From contig OZ237735.1 of NCBI GenBank assembly GCA_965178125.1, positions 682,001 to 746,000 on the forward strand: DNA of 64,000 nucleotides, read 5' to 3'. The DNA is from Bilabrum cf. latius (Eukaryota). The notes under the pieces were generated by a model. It worked only from the letters and a program-made list of their open reading frames with translations. It did no database searches and had not been told where the DNA came from. Below are positions 35,670 to 49,871 of the stretch, one piece after another (the first letter of the stretch is position 1; every line of letters starts with the position of its first letter). A program made the position numbers and the translations under genes.

Positions 35670-38600
35670 TCAGTACTCGGTGTCCACCGTAACCTCGAAA
35701 GGGAGGCTTGACATGCCAAGAGGCTACAGTTCTCCGCGACCGAAACCGGCAATCGAACCCCCATCGCCCTGGTTCAAATGCTGGGACCGATCCGCTTGCT
35801 CGGGCCCGCTGCTGGCGGGGTCGTCCGCCAGCTAAGACACGAGCCCGAGTCGCCTTGCCTGGGCTTGCCACCTCGTCGTCTCGCTGCTGCCATAGAGCCG
35901 AGCATGCAGCCGTCTCTGCTCCGCCGCGGCAGCTTCCTGCCTCGCGTTCCACCTCGCCTAGGCCAGTGTGAGGGTGCCCCCGTGCCTGCCAGTGCCAGTG
36001 GTGGCAAGGACCATCTCCTCGCCGTCACCGGCGCTCGCACTGACGGCGTCGGGCTGCACCGAATTTCTGGCGTGCTGCACACCTGCACGACCACCCCTGA
36101 CCCGGCGAGTTCTGAAGCTCGGGGTCTGCGCGGGCCGCTTGGGATAAGTCGGCATTCTCGGGACTGCCTTGGTGGAAGAGGACTGTGAGGAGGAGGCTCC
36201 TTCCGTGCCTCGGGGATTGCGGCGGAGCACTGGCTGCGCATGGGACCTGGACCTGGCAGCACTCTCTGCACCTGCACCTGCACCTGAGTGACTTGCCTGT
36301 GGCATTGAAGGACCTACCCTTGGGGGCCACCTGCCGCCGTGCAATGCGCTCAGCACTCGACCACCAGAAGCCGTGTTCGTGTCTCCTCCACCTTCACCCC
36401 CGTCTCGCGCGTATAGGGACACAGACCTCCGCCGCAGAGAAGACTTCCTCCCCGCGGCACCGCTACTGTCACCAGAGACATTGCCCGGCTGCTGCAACCG
36501 CTCCTGCTGCTGCCCTCTCGTGGACAACCCTGCCCCTGCCCCTGCCCCTGCCCCTGCCCCTGCCTCTTTCTGTGCATCCCCTGCAAGCTCGAAGCCCACT
36601 CGAGCCCCGTCAAGGCGCCCTTCCTCCGAGTCAGGCAGGGGCATGCGACCACCAGTGAGCAGCGCAGGCACGACCAGATCACTGCCCGGACCATCCTCGG
36701 CCAGCATCGCGTTTGATCTGCGACGCCCCTGCTTAAGCATGCCAACTTTGGATCGACTCTGCAGGCGGGAAGAGGCGGATCGGCTCTGCAAGGTGGGATC
36801 GGCAGCAATCGCCGACGCCGCATGCACCACTCGCTGCCGGCCACTGCGAGCACTGGATCCCCTGCTGCCCCCCACAGCACTCCCCGTGGAGCGGTGTGCC
36901 CTCCCAGCTTCCCGCCAGGCTCCAGGAGCGGCGCCCGCGAGACCTCCTCCTGTAATATCGTAGCCCTCGGCCTCCAGCGCAGCGTGCCCAAACATGGAAG
37001 AAGCTTCAGCGGTGGTCCAGTGCGACCTCGTCTTCTTGTCCACTGCCTGCACCTTGCGACGCAGCAGGGCGTTGCCTCGCCCCTCGGGCTGCAGCTTCAC
37101 TAGCGGGCGCCGGCCGTCCAATCGGTCCGTGCTCAGCATGCTGAAAATGCTGCCGCTCTTCAGGGCTAACCTCTTTTCGTCCAGCCCTTGTCGCGGTTGA
37201 GATCTGGCCAAGCTGCCTTGCCTGCGGCTCGTCCTCGACAGCCCGCCCTGCCCGTCCTAAAGAAGGCTGCGCTTCGGGGCAGCCCTGGCACTCAAACTGC
37301 CTGGCACAGCTCCGCTAGCTGCGGCTTCTTCCTGCCTGGTCCCTGGCATATGAGTTCGCGCCGACATTGGGGCTACTGGCACTGGCTCCTGCCTCGCACT
37401 GAAGCGGCCCAGTGTGGCCGCCCCGGCAGTTCCCCAGGTTTGATTCCGCTGGCTAGTGGCCTCTGAGGGCACCAAGTCAAGCAAGCTCGCCAGTTCGATG
37501 GTGTTTCGGGGCAGTACTACTTTCTTGGGCTTGTGGCCCGGCTTGGGACTGGGTCCTACGGGACTGCTGGATAGCTGGCGGGCAGACACTGAAAACGCAT
37601 GCGGTTGGCTCGATTGTCCTGCGCGCTCCCCAAGCTCGTGGCGCAGCCTGGCGCTCTCCTGTTCCAGGTGACGCACATCTTGCACCGCCCCCTCGCCAAG
37701 AACAAGCCCGATCTTATCTAGGCTAAGCCTTGGAACGGCATACTTGCTCTGCAGCTTTGCTGCCTTGCCGATCTTGCCCTCCAGGGATACTCCCATCGAC
37801 ACTGCCTCCAGGCCGCTCTTCTTCTTCTTGAGTTGCCGCAGGCGGTCTTTCTCCTCCGTCTCGAGCTACGCCTTGCTAGACTTGGCCCAGTACCGCGCCG
37901 CTGTCCGTAGCTGTTCCGCGCTAGGCACCCCGATCCCGGCCATGGCCCACCTGGCCTGGATGGTGGAGCTCTGCATGAGCGAGAGAGCAGCTGCCTGCGC
38001 CTCCGCTTCCTCCATCGTAGGTGGGTGCTCGTCGCGAGCTTCATCAGGATTGACCATTCGGATCAAGTTCTCTAGCTTCTCTTTGTACTCCCCTGTGATG
38101 TGCCTCTTCCGCTTGCCTCTGAGCTTCTCGTTGCCCTCATCATCATTGTTCGTGTCCTCGCCGGATGAGTCGGAGCTAAAGCTGTCGTCGCGGTAGTACT
38201 TGACACCCTGCCTCTTTGTCATCTTTGCGTGCTCTTGCTCGATCTGCTTGGACTCCCGATTGACTCGCCTTTCCAAGCTGCCGAGAACAGAGCCCAGCCG
38301 CTTTGGCTGCCGACGTGGAACAGCAAAGCTGGGTGTGCGAGGGGTCGACTTGGACCCATGCTTCAGCGGGCGGTACATGCTGCCGTTCTTTTGCATGCGG
38401 GGGCTAGGAGTACTGGGCACGTTCATGTTTCGGTGCGATGCTACCTGCTTCATACCGGCGTTGACGTCCCACTGAACGGTGCCAGGCACAGCAGACCCCG
38501 TCTAAGGGCGCGCCTGCAGCTGCACCAGGCCAGGCACCGCAACCACAGATGTCCCATTGCCCACAAATACGGGCCCCTCCCCGCGGTCCAAAGCCTCTCC

Positions 38601-41600
38601 CCCTTCGTTGTGCAGCAGATTTGTCTGCTGGAATTGATCCAGCAGCGCATCGCCAGCAGTGAGCTTGCTGGACGTCTTGGCCGCCGACATGAAGGGGCTT
38701 TTGGATGGACTAAAGCTGTGCATGGAGCCGAGCTTCCCCGTATCGGTCCCAGTTCGCATCGGAGATGCTTTTCCACCGCCTCCACTGCTACGGCTTGGAC
38801 CGTGGTCTCTCCTGCTGGAGGCTCCTCTCCGGAGCTGGGCCGGCGTCGGCAGCAGGTCCCTCTGTGACAGAGCCGATGTGATGGCCTCCCTCCGTCGCTT
38901 CGCTTCAGACACGCCTGAAGAGACCGCCACAACGGAATTCTACAGTTGCTGCATGCTCTTTCTCCTAGACAGCTCTCGCTGATCAAAGTGCTCCAGCTCC
39001 AAGTGCCTATCGTATCTGCTCTCGACCTCTCCGAGTGTGGATGGCACGACAAGCCCTAGCCTGGTCTTCAGCTTCGGGCGATACATGACCAGGTGGCCCT
39101 CACCGGCTACACTTTCGTCATACATTATAGCCTTCTTTTGCTTATCAGTGAGGCCTTCTCGCGCTGTCTTGGGACCTGCGCCGTCCACACTATCAAGCTC
39201 CAGAGCTGTGCGATGCGGGTGCTACATCTCGGCGCCCTAGCTGCCCTATTCTGTTGCAGCTGGTGCGCCTTCGTTGGCTGTATTCGCTACGGGCTTAAGG
39301 TCTGTACTGGTCAGGTTGCTCGGATCGTTAGAGTCTGCCAGCGAAGGGCCGGCAAACGGCCGCCGTGCGACGGGTGCAGCGATGTCTCGCTCTGCATGAA
39401 CCCCCCCTGCAGCTGGCTGGCTGTCCGCTGCTTCAGCAAGGCCCACTACACCCTTAGATGAACTGGAACCGCTGCTCTGCAAAGCAAGCAAATCGGTATT
39501 TTCATCGAAGGCGCCAACTTCGGAGCCGTCCAGGTCATCGTCGTCGTCATCATCGAGCCCCGAGGTAGGTCTATGCTTTACGCCGCTGCCCCCTAGCTGC
39601 GTACCAGACGAACTTGCACCATGCCCGGATGATTGATCATACATCCAAGGCTAAAGGCCAGCTTCGACCTCTTTTGTAATTCCAGTGTCTACTAGCACGT
39701 GGCCTAGTGATTTGAGCACCCCTTGCATGCCTGAAGATGCCTTGCCCAGGCTGGCCCTGCGGACGTGCCCGACGCGATCCGGCGACAGCTGCAGCTGCAA
39801 GCACGCAGCCGTGTTGAGCGAAGGGCCGGACTGTACCAACAACCCATGCCGCAGCAACGGAACAGATGGTCGAGGCGTACATTGATCGTCGGGCAAGCCG
39901 TCCAGTCTTCCGTAGTGCAGCAGTGCCCCAGCGATCCTGCTGGCTCTGGGGCCGCCCAGTGCTGCCACCAGCTCGTGCTGCACTAGGGCAGCCCCATGAA
40001 TACCCCGCACTACAGAAGACTCGAGCCCCTTCATAAGGATTGCGGCCGTCTTCTGACTATCGGATTTCTAGTCCTGGTCCGCCTTGTGCAGCAAGAGCAG
40101 CGGGTATCCCTTGGACTGGCCAAAGCTGGACCGTACTAACTCGTCAAGTACGACCGGTGCCTCGAACAGCTGCGCGCGACAGCCGCGCTTATTCTGCAGA
40201 CCGGCAGGCATCAGCTTGCTCAGAGCGTACCTCGACTCCCAGCCGGCCGATGGTGCCCTGCTGCTGCCGTCCGATGTAGAGCTGCTGTCAGTCGAGTCAC
40301 TGTCACTCCCAGAGTCAGTCGACTCGGCTACCGATCCATCACGCTCCCTGAAGCGCTTAAACGCAAGCTCTGGTGACTCGCATCCAAGCTCTGACTCAGA
40401 GATGACGTGAGCAAGGCCTTGCGTCAGAATGTGCCCCCCGAATACTTCAGGATCAGCCGCAAATCGGAGCAGGCGAGCTGCAAAGACAGACACTGCCTTT
40501 CTCTGCGCGGCATGCTTTCGATTCATCGCATCAATATCTTGATCGGATTGGACCTCGCTGGAGTAGTCCCCCCGGGGCGCAAGTGCAGCTGCCGCGATGG
40601 CGGCTACGAGCCCGTGCTCACACACGCTAGCCAGGATGCTGGACCTGTCAACGAGCTGCCTATCGGTAGCCTCTTTGTCCACGTCATCCATGAGCTTTTC
40701 CATCGCTGGACAGTCTCTCGAGCAGGCTAGCACCTGCTACTTTGACCATGCAGAGCAACGCTCCAATACTGCCGCAAGGTTTGGCCCGGACTGCTGCACC
40801 CGGGTTGCCGCGGCCCGCTCCATGCCGTCTGGATCAACTTGGCCACCACTGGCATCATCAGAAGCCTGTGTATAACTGCTTTCTACGCTCTAGTTCTTTG
40901 ATTGCTCTCTGGCAGCCTAAGCTGCCGTGTCTAATGCTTTTGCCTGCTGGCACAGCTGCCAAATCCTCGCCCTAGCCAAGATCCGACGGATCGCCTCCAG
41001 GCAAGCCGTCTAGCACGTCAATGGGACCGACCCCGCCCTATCCACCGCCTCTCGATGCGATTCCATGTGTACAATTGCATCTTCATCCGGGAGCGACACG
41101 AGAGAAGGCATTTCCAGCGACTCTGTGACGCTGCCGCTTGGCCCAACAATCGTGCCAGAGACACTCGCAACTTCACTGGCAGACGTACTGGCAGACTGCA
41201 ATATGCGCGTGTCAGCTGAGGTCCAATCAGCGTCTAAAAATGAAGCAAATGGGTCATGGAATCTCGATGCGGAGCAGCCGTTTGTCGTGCTACTGATGCT
41301 ACCATCCATGAGCTGCGAACTAGCCTGCGCGTGCTCCAACCGATCGATAGCTTCATCGCCTAGCACCGTCACCGTTGCGAGATCCACAGCTTGCACGCTT
41401 CCGCGGGCCAAACCGCGCCGCAAGGCAGGAAATAGAACAGGCCACGCCCTTGAGTGGCTCGCCAGCGCGGGAATGCACCAAACTGCCGCAGCATACACGG
41501 CGTCAAGTGGCGGCGGCAGCCGAGGAGCCGGGACGGGCTGTTCTGAGCCAGCGAAGGCAGCAGCCATCCGAGTTGCCCGCGAGTCGCCAATCGCAGTTAG

Positions 41601-42875
41601 AGCGGACGCTGCCCTTGCGAGCCCAGGTAGCACCATGACAAAGCTCGGGAAAAGGTCGACGCAAGGCAACAGGGCGGCGGTCCGATGCGCGGTGGCGCTG
41701 TCAGCGACTGATGAAGCCTGCCCGTGCCGCTCTGGTTTGGCTTCTGCTGACGATAGAGTTGTCGCAGCCGAGCCGCGGGCTGTGTCGAGCAGTTTTCCAA
41801 TGCACCCGCTCGCACTCACCCACGCCGCCACGTTCCCTCGCATTCGAAGTACTCCTCCCAGCACCCGGCATGCTCTCTCGAACGCAACTGCTCTAGCCCC
41901 ATTGCGCGATTGACTCTCCTCGACCGTCTTCAGGATCAGCTGCTCTGCCTTGGCATGGCACTGCTCCACTGCCCTCCACCGCGACATGCCTGCTGCATCG
42001 ACGTTGCCCCTTTCCCGACCTGAGCGCCCCCCAGCAGGAGGGACTCCCGCCGCCTCCACAGTGCCGGCCTCGGGCGGATCCACGTCCGGCTTCCAGCGAG
42101 ACAAGACACGGCCAGCGGCTCGCAAACCGCCCTGCTCCGACACGCTATCAGCAGCAGGAGCACCTACCTCGGATACTAGCTCACACAGCAACGTCAGGCA
42201 AGCAAGGTCCACAAGGAGCGGGGAGGTCTGTGAGCCAGCCAGTCTGCTCAGAAACCCGACGAGGCGCTCCGAGAAGACCAGACTTGCCACGCTTTCGTTA
42301 TGGATCGTTGCGTTGGACCGCAGAAATACAACCATTGCCTACAATGCCTCTGCAGGGGGTATCGAGCTGGAACCACCATCCACAGCTCTTCGCAATCTTG
42401 CTTGGCTTGGTCGAGTGCTGGCCAGGCCGACTTGCTGCAACTTATCGTCATGTGCAAGGACAAACGCCTAGATTCTTGCAGCAATTTGGGCTACACCAGA
42501 ATCCCCGAATGCATCGGCAATGTCATCCCCGCGTTTCGAGTGGAATGCAGCGGCAACACCCCAATTCAGATTCGATACATCCGTTGCAGTTGCCGTGCTG
42601 GATTGCAGCAGCGACTAGGCTGCAAATCCACTCTTTGTCGATCGCTTGCTTGTCTAGTGCGTGCTCTTGAAGTAGTGACTAAGGGTGACGTTATCCTCCA
42701 CCTGCTTTGCGTGAAAATATCGAGCAATGTCCTCTCCAGGCACCTGCAAACTTCTAAGCAACAGCAGCCTGCGCTTCTTGGATCCACGTTCCCACGCTCC
42801 CCGAAAGTCAGCTGCTGCCTGCCTTGAGTTTCTAGCAAACCACCACCTTGGTGGGTGAAGGAAAGGATCAACCAT
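35670..42875 (-). CDS. very large hypothetical protein (about 2400 aa); N-terminal half predicted helical, C-terminal half low-complexity
   Basis: Ten standard-code ORFs (42654, 41010, 40068, 39651, 39246, 38940, 38502, 37866, 37257, 35958) lie in one frame and all end in TAG. ATG at 42875, TGA at 35670-35672. Confidence 0.7.
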
Positions 42876-42922
42876 TTTTTCCCTGTGCAAAGAAGGATAG
42901 ACTAGCCCCAAGAGGAATCGGC

Positions 42923-42947
42923 GGTCGCAACCGGCGAACGGTCGCAA
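42923..42947. promoter_or_regulatory. candidate promoter element, 2x GGTCGCAA, in the divergent intergenic region upstream of IFT74
   Basis: The same motif occurs at 5272, 24844, 62031 and 62041, all in short regions upstream of start codons. Confidence 0.4.
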
Positions 42948-43124
42948 TTTCTAGAATGCTGTACAACTTTACCTTCGATTGAGTATCGCGACCTCTTGTA
43001 AGCTTCGTTTTGCTACGTTAGTGACGAAGGTTGCATGCATTTGGACCGGTAGCCTTTCATTCCACTTATCAGAGCCAATCCCTCCCGTGACCGTTGCACT
43101 CTTCCAACGATCTGCAGACTGAAC

Positions 43125-45091
43125 ATGTCCAGCTATAGACCACCGAGTGGCTATGGGAACCCACCTGGTGAGAAATGCCTACTTATTCATGATTTCACGT
43201 GCTTCGTCGCCTCGATAGATCCCGACTCGGGTGTTTTGCTTGAAATACGCGCAGGAACTGGCCGACTTGTTTCCGGACGGCTCGTATCTGGAGCTGCTGG
43301 CGGTGGATACAAGGGCGTTGGCTTATCTACTTAGGTTAAGGTATCGGATAGGCCAGTCACCAGAGGTGGTGTGGCCGGGATGGAGAGTAGACTGCAGAGC
43401 GCTGGCCCAGGGCGGCAAGTGTACGATTTGAGCTACTTTATCGGCCTTATCCGGCAGCGTTGCGGGGATCTCACGAAAGAGATCGCAAAGTTAGGTAGTG
43501 AAATTTAGAGAAGGAGCAGAGATGCCAAAACCATGGAATCGCTTGAACGGGAGTACGACGATCTCATCAACGAGGTACGCCAGCTAGAGGGCGAGCTTGC
43601 TGACTATAACCTCGCAATGGATAAGAGCAGGGCTGGTACCGACCCCTCGGAGCTCAAGGTGCACCAGATGAACTTGAAGGCGCGCAACGCTGTGAGACTG
43701 CGTAGCTTCCGCCAGATCACGTCTCCCATCGTCGTCTTTCCTGCACCTGTACCGACCCCCCCCCACCCCCCCCCTCCCAAGGATGTACTTAACCTAGCAT
43801 TTCGCAGGAAGAAGCTCGAGCAGTAGATGCTGTGTTTTTGGAGCGTAGGGAGCGGGAGGAGGGGATCAAGCGCGTTGAGGAAGCGATCGAGGCCCTGCAC
43901 AAGAAGGCCGAGGAGAGGCTGGCGTCGCTGCCCCCCGCTCTGCAGCAGGAGTACAGGCAGCTGCAAGACAACAACAAAAAGATGGAGCACCAGGTCACTC
44001 AGATGCAATCTGAGCTCGAGCGGATGAATCATGCCGTTTAGGAGGCAGAGCAGCAGCTCCGCAGCGACCGCAACCGCCAGGAGTTCGCAGGCCTGGAGCG
44101 CAAGCTCCACGTGTTCAAGCGGGAGCAGTCGGCACTTGAGGAACAGCGTCGCATCGCGGAGATGGACCCTGCAGAGGCTCGACAGAAGATCCTGCAGAAG
44201 GTGAAGCAGGACGTGGCAAGGATCCAGGCGGCCGAGGCCCAGATCGGCGAGCTGCAGCAGCAGCTTGAGCAGGACGAGCGGGCCGTGAAGGAGCTGGATG
44301 TGGCTGTTGAGCAGCGGCGCAACGGACAGGGCGATGGGGACAAGTACGAGGAGCTATACAAGCACGATGCAAAGATGACTGCAGTGCTAGACTCGTTCCC
44401 TGGTGCGAAGCAGAGGGAGATGGAAGCGCAGGGCAGGCACAGGGAGACGGTGGTGGCGCTGCTGGAGCACATGAGCGGAGAGATCGAGCGCGAGCACGCG
44501 ATGCCGACCAGAGAACAAGCCAAAGAGATGGCCAGCGACGTGGACGACAAGAAGCGCGAGCTGGGCGCCAGCAAGACCACCATGGAGCGGCTCCGAGAGG
44601 AGCTCAGGAAGAGGCAGAGCGAGCTGACCAAGATCACGACGCTCGACGAGAAAATCCAGCTCGAGTTGTCCTCGCTGCGGACCAAAATGACCACCATGAA
44701 GGCCGAGCTCGAGGTATTCGAGGACCTGGACGCGCTGCGGAAGCAGTCCGAGGCCACGACCGAGGACCTATCTGCTCGCAAGAGGGAGTACTCGGGCAAG
44801 CTGGAGGGGATCAACCCGGTCGTGGCGGAGGCTGCGCAGGAGTTCAGGAGGCTTGAGAAGGCCCTAGAGACCCACCCGAAAGCTAAAGAACTCGCAAGTG
44901 CGGAGAAAAGGGTCAAGCAGCTCGAGCAGCAGATCTTTGGGATGAAGGACTTCATCGCTAGCAAGGCCGTGGCGTGCGACTACTCCACCGTGAAGGCCGA
45001 GGTGCTCGGCCTCGCTTCCGAGGTGAATGAGCAGATTTGCAAGGTGCAGTCCGAGGTGAAATCGGCTGGGCTAGCCTCGGGCATGTATTAA
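43125..45091 (+). CDS. IFT74: intraflagellar transport protein 74; introns 43168-43254 and 43692-43807
   Basis: Reads GLST*VKVSDRPVTRGG..GPGRQVYDLSYFIGLIR..LEGELADYNLAMDK followed by a long coiled coil. TAA at 45089-45091. Confidence 0.9.
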
Positions 45092-45161
45092 CTCGATTAC
45101 GCGCAGAAATATATATCCTCTTTGTGCAACTGCAAGCTATCAGCAGGGTAGAATCTCCCAG

Positions 45162-48100
45162 TCACCCCTTAACCGTCCCGAGTGGGGTGCGCTTTTTGGC
45201 TCCCAATGTGCGCTTGACCGCCGATGCACCCCCGGCTACCTTGCCTGAAGGTGCTTTAGACCCAGCAATCCCCGGCCTCGTCGCGTCCCGAACTGAGCCT
45301 CGCGCCGACGCTGCACCGCTAGTCTGCTTGGCCTGCTTGCCGGCTGGCCGTCTTTGCACCACGCTGAGCCTAATGTTGGGCACTGAAGGTGGAGCCACGG
45401 CCCGTTTAGAGCTCGGAGCGGCTGCAGCTGCCCGTTTCTGCTGCCCAGCCCTGCCATTGCTGGCAACTCCAGCCGAGGGCTTGCCTCGCCTAGATGCAGC
45501 TGCAGAGGAGCTTGACTTGCGGATGCCCCCTGGCTGCTGTCGACCGCGTCCCGCCCCTCTGTCGCTGGCCTTCGATTTGACTGATGCGTCGCTGTCCGCC
45601 CCAGCTGCCTGCCCACTCAGCCGTGATCTTGGCCTCTGTTTTTTGACCGTCTTGGGCGGCGGTTTGGGGGCCTCGTCGTCTTCCCTCCAGTCGGAATCGC
45701 TCGAGTCGTCGTAGAAATCAGTGCCGCTCTCGCTTAGCTCACTCTCGCTGATCAACACGTAGTTCTTGCGACGGTTGCGACGCAGCGCCCTGTCACGAGC
45801 GGCGGTGCCAGCCTCGCTGTCACTGCTGTCAGATGAGTCGTGCCCTCGTGCTTGCGGTCGCTGCCTTCGAGCAGATTCCTTTGTGTGGTTCCTATCTTGG
45901 CTTCTGGCTGAAGAGGTCACTGAGGTCGTGTTCGCACCGCTACTCGCCTAGGAAGAAGAGGTTCTCGACGATGCCTTGCCCCGGCTTCTGATCGTGCCTG
46001 GTGCTGCCTTCGCTTTGCTGCCCCCAGCACGGCGCTAGGAACCCCCTGACCTCGAGGCAGCCCCTGGTCGCTTCTGCTAAGCCGTATCTGCATCGTGCTC
46101 TGTGCTAGATCCATCCCCTGCAGCTCTTCGTTCCTTGTACGCAGCAAGGGTAGCAGCTGCTTGCTCGGCCTGCTTCTTGGAGGCAGCTGCCTCAGCCTTG
46201 TACTTGGCAAGCTGTGTCTCCAAGCGACTGACCTTGTCATGAACGCCAGCAAGTTTCGCAATTTCGGTGCGCATTTCCTCCATCCGAGTGCTGGCTGCAG
46301 AGTCAGCATCCTGACCAGAAGCAGCTTCCTCGCTGCCATCCTCTTGCGATCTTCCGCCGCTCCCGCTGCTAGAGCTCGACTGTCCGGAAGAGAAGCCCAT
46401 GAATGCTACGAGCCTCTCCTCCGCCTCTCGGCTTGCATCGGCAGCCCGTGCTTCTGCGTCGAGCCGCTTGGAAACAGCTTCGTCTCTATCTTTCTGCGCC
46501 TCTTTCAACGCTTCCTTGGCTTCTGCTACCTGCTGCTCCGCTCTCGACGACGCCTTGTCCGCGTGCCAGACCGCTGCAGAGGCAACATCCAGCAGCCACC
46601 CCGCCACAGCACGCCCCTGCCGCACGTCTGCAATGCCCCGCTCCCAGCCAAACCCCTTGCAAGAACCTGAAAGCACCTTGATGCCTAGCTTGGACGTCTC
46701 CCGCAGCTTCGCCTGCGACGATGTCACCCCAGCCAGCTCTTGCGTAAGTTCCGCCACCTCTGCTTTGGCCCTGGAAACATCCGCCTCGGACGCTCCAATC
46801 TCTTGCATCTATCCCGCTGCCTGCGTCCTTGCTTTCAGCAGGCTTTCTCGGAGACCCTCGCACCCTTTCAGCGCGAGATGGGTGCGGATCTCGCCGGCAA
46901 TGCAGGCTGCCACCGCACCAGGCACCGCGCGCAGGTGCTTGCTGCGAACTGCAAGCACCTGCGCCGCCCCACCCTCCAGCCTGGGCGCAGCGCAAGACGT
47001 CAGCAAGGCGTTGTCATCCCGCAGCACTGTCTCGGCGCTTGCGTCTTGCTGATCAGAGCCCGCTGCGGCTGCTGCGGCCTTGGCCCCGATGCCACCCCCC
47101 ACGATGCCCTTGCCCTTCGCGCTGGCCGCTGCCCTCTTGCCCTAGATTGCCATGCGCTCCCTCTCCCTGAGCTTGCGCTGCGCCGCCATGAGGTCCTTGG
47201 TCTTCTGTCGGAGCGTAGCTCGCTGCCTGTCTGCCAGAGTGGCCAGCCTTGTCGCCTCCGCGGCGGTCTTGCGGTTCTCCTTCCTCAGCTCGCGCGCCTC
47301 CTTCTCGTACTGCTTGAGGCTGTCTCGGAACCGCTGTGTCTCCTGCTTCATGCGCCGAGTGACGCTTTGCCTAGCCTTGCGCAGCTGGGTCACCTCGCTG
47401 GTGAGCTGGGAGGACCTTGCCTCGGCCTTCTTCCGCAGCGCTTGCACTCTCCGCAGGTCCTTGGCCCTGCTCTGCAGCGACTTGATCTCTTCCTTCAGCT
47501 CGTTGATCCTGGCCGCCTGGCGAGGATCCGATGGTACCTTGAGCGCCTTCTTCGCCTTGCTCTTGCTCTTGCTCTTGCTCGAGCCCCTGCCTGCTGCATC
47601 AGGAGCGCTCGATGAGTCAGCAGCCTTGCCTTCGTCCTCCTCGCCAGCGCCCGCACCGCCTGCAGCGCAAGAGGAACTCTCCCCTTCCTCCGCGTCTTCC
47701 ACCTGGCAGGACTGCTCCAGGTGCCCAAGCTCCTCCTTGAGCTGCTTAATGCGCGCATTTACCTTGGACTGCTCCGCGGCTGCCTCGGCACCTACTACAC
47801 CCATCCCAGCCGAGCTGGTTGACGTCGCTTTGAGCTGGCTCTCCTTTGCCTCCAGGGCCCGCCCGATGGCAGACAACTCCGACCGTAGCCTAGCCTGCTG
47901 CCCTGAATGCTACTGCACAAGCTCCGCCGCGATGCCGTCAAATGCTTCGTCGAGAAAGCTCATGGCCGCTTCATCCGATACCTTGGCGCACATCGGCTTC
48001 GGGACTGCCGCCTTGCCGTCAGCTGCGCAAGTGCTTGCGGCGGCTGCAGCCTGCACCGCCTGAGCACTGCCGCCTGCTGCGGCTTTGGATGGCGACGGCT

Positions 48101-49769
48101 GCGGCGACCTTGTGCTTGCAAAGATCTTGAGCGCCTCGGCCTCGATGTCGTCGAAGGTGTTGCTGTTCTGCCCGATCCAACCCACCGCCGCGTCCCGCTG
48201 GTCCTGCACCGACGCGAGCTGCTGCCTCAGGTCGCTTGCCTCCGCCGTGGACATCGCCGCGGTGGTGCTCATCTTCCTCAGCTCCCTCTCTAGGCTCGCG
48301 TTGGCTCGCTGCAGCTCAGAGATTCTCTCGGCTGCCCTAGACACTGCGTCGGCCCGGGATGCAATCCCGTCATCTCCACCCCCAGATGCGGAGCTCGCCC
48401 CCGCAGGCACAGGCATGCCCTGAGCCCCGGGACCCATGCTGCCGCTCTGCAGCAGTGCCAGTTGGAGCTGCTTGACCTGCGCTCTCAGCGCCGCAATCTT
48501 TCCTTCCTGGGGATCTCGGCCCAGGGTGGCGTGGTTGACGATGGCACGGGCCCTAGAGGCGTACCGCAGCGTGTTCAAAGTCTCATCGTACGAAGAGTCC
48601 GCGGGCGAGACGCACGCGATCATGACAGTCCGGGCGTTCCCGCCCAGCGAGTCCCTGAGCAGCCTGGTCAGCTTCGAGTCGCGGTAGGGGATGTGCACGC
48701 TCCTGGCCGGCTGCAGCCTCGAGTCGTCGTCACCTTCTTCCCCTGCCCTCGCCCCCGCCCCTGACGCTGAGGAGCTTCCACCCTTTGCCTTTCTTCTGCC
48801 CTAGGCCCCCGACCTGGCCACGAGTGCGTTGATCACGTTGCCGAGGGCGAGGAGGCCCTTGTTGATCGATACCGCTTCCTTCAGCCGTGCACCCTCCGCC
48901 TTCGTCTTCTTCTGCCTCTCGGCTCCTGCCAGATCCACCAGGTACAGCTTGGAGCACAAGGACTCGCCGCCCCCTCGGCCCGCTCCGTCACCGTCATCGT
49001 CGTCATCGTCGTCGTCCTGCTCAGCGCCCTCCACCCTCTCAGCATCTTCAGGGCAGTATTCTCGTGTCTGCCTCAAGGTGAAACAGCACAGCGCGTGAGA
49101 TCGACTGCTCCGGTCGTTCATCGCCGTGGATCCCGTGGCCCGGGCAGCGAGCCCAGACTGGACTGCGGCCAGCAGGCTCGCTGGAGAATCTACCTCTACT
49201 TCCGCAAGGCCTTTCGCATGGACGCCACCGTCCACAGATTCTCTTACTTTTACAATGTTGCCACCAACCAGGCACTTTGCCTCTTCTCGATACACTTCGA
49301 GGGCGGAGACGGACACGGTGCACGCCCAACCCTCCTTCTGTCGGCCTCGCACCAGCGCAAACAATCTATGAGCAGCTCGCGGGAGAATGCCACTCTCAAC
49401 GGGTAGCTTGACATCCACAGTCCTGTCTGAACTAGCGTCTGACGCCGCTTCTAGAGCTCCATGAGGGCCAATCACCGTGTGCGTCTTCCCAGCCGCGGTT
49501 TGGCCGTACGCAAGGAGGGTTGCATTAAAACCCAAAGAGAACTGCTCCAGTAGTGACTATATTTCAGTAAACGATTGCTCTTGTGATGATTTGCGCCCCA
49601 AGACCTTGTCAAAGGCAAAACTTCGTGCCGATGCCCCAGCCTAGATCGTCGCGCCAGTCTGTGAGGCCTTTGACAGACATGTGGAGCATCCTTCGGCTTC
49701 CTCTCGCGGATTGAGGGGTCGAATACGCAGAACAACTTTTACAGAGTCAGACTTTGGAGAGGTACTCAT
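45162..49769 (-). CDS. kinesin with N-terminal motor domain, kinesin-4 (KIF4/KIF21/KIF27)-like (about 1535 aa)
   Basis: Motifs [51 protein letters not shown] and [20 protein letters not shown]. Seven ORFs share one frame joined by TAG; TGA at 45162. Confidence 0.92.
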
Positions 49770-49871
49770 ATTTGGGCCACCTGTGGGGGAGTGCACCAAC
49801 GGATCCGAACATGAAATCAGATTCAGAGTAAGGTTATGTTTCATCTCGAATGCGGCGCCGCTATGGGCCAA

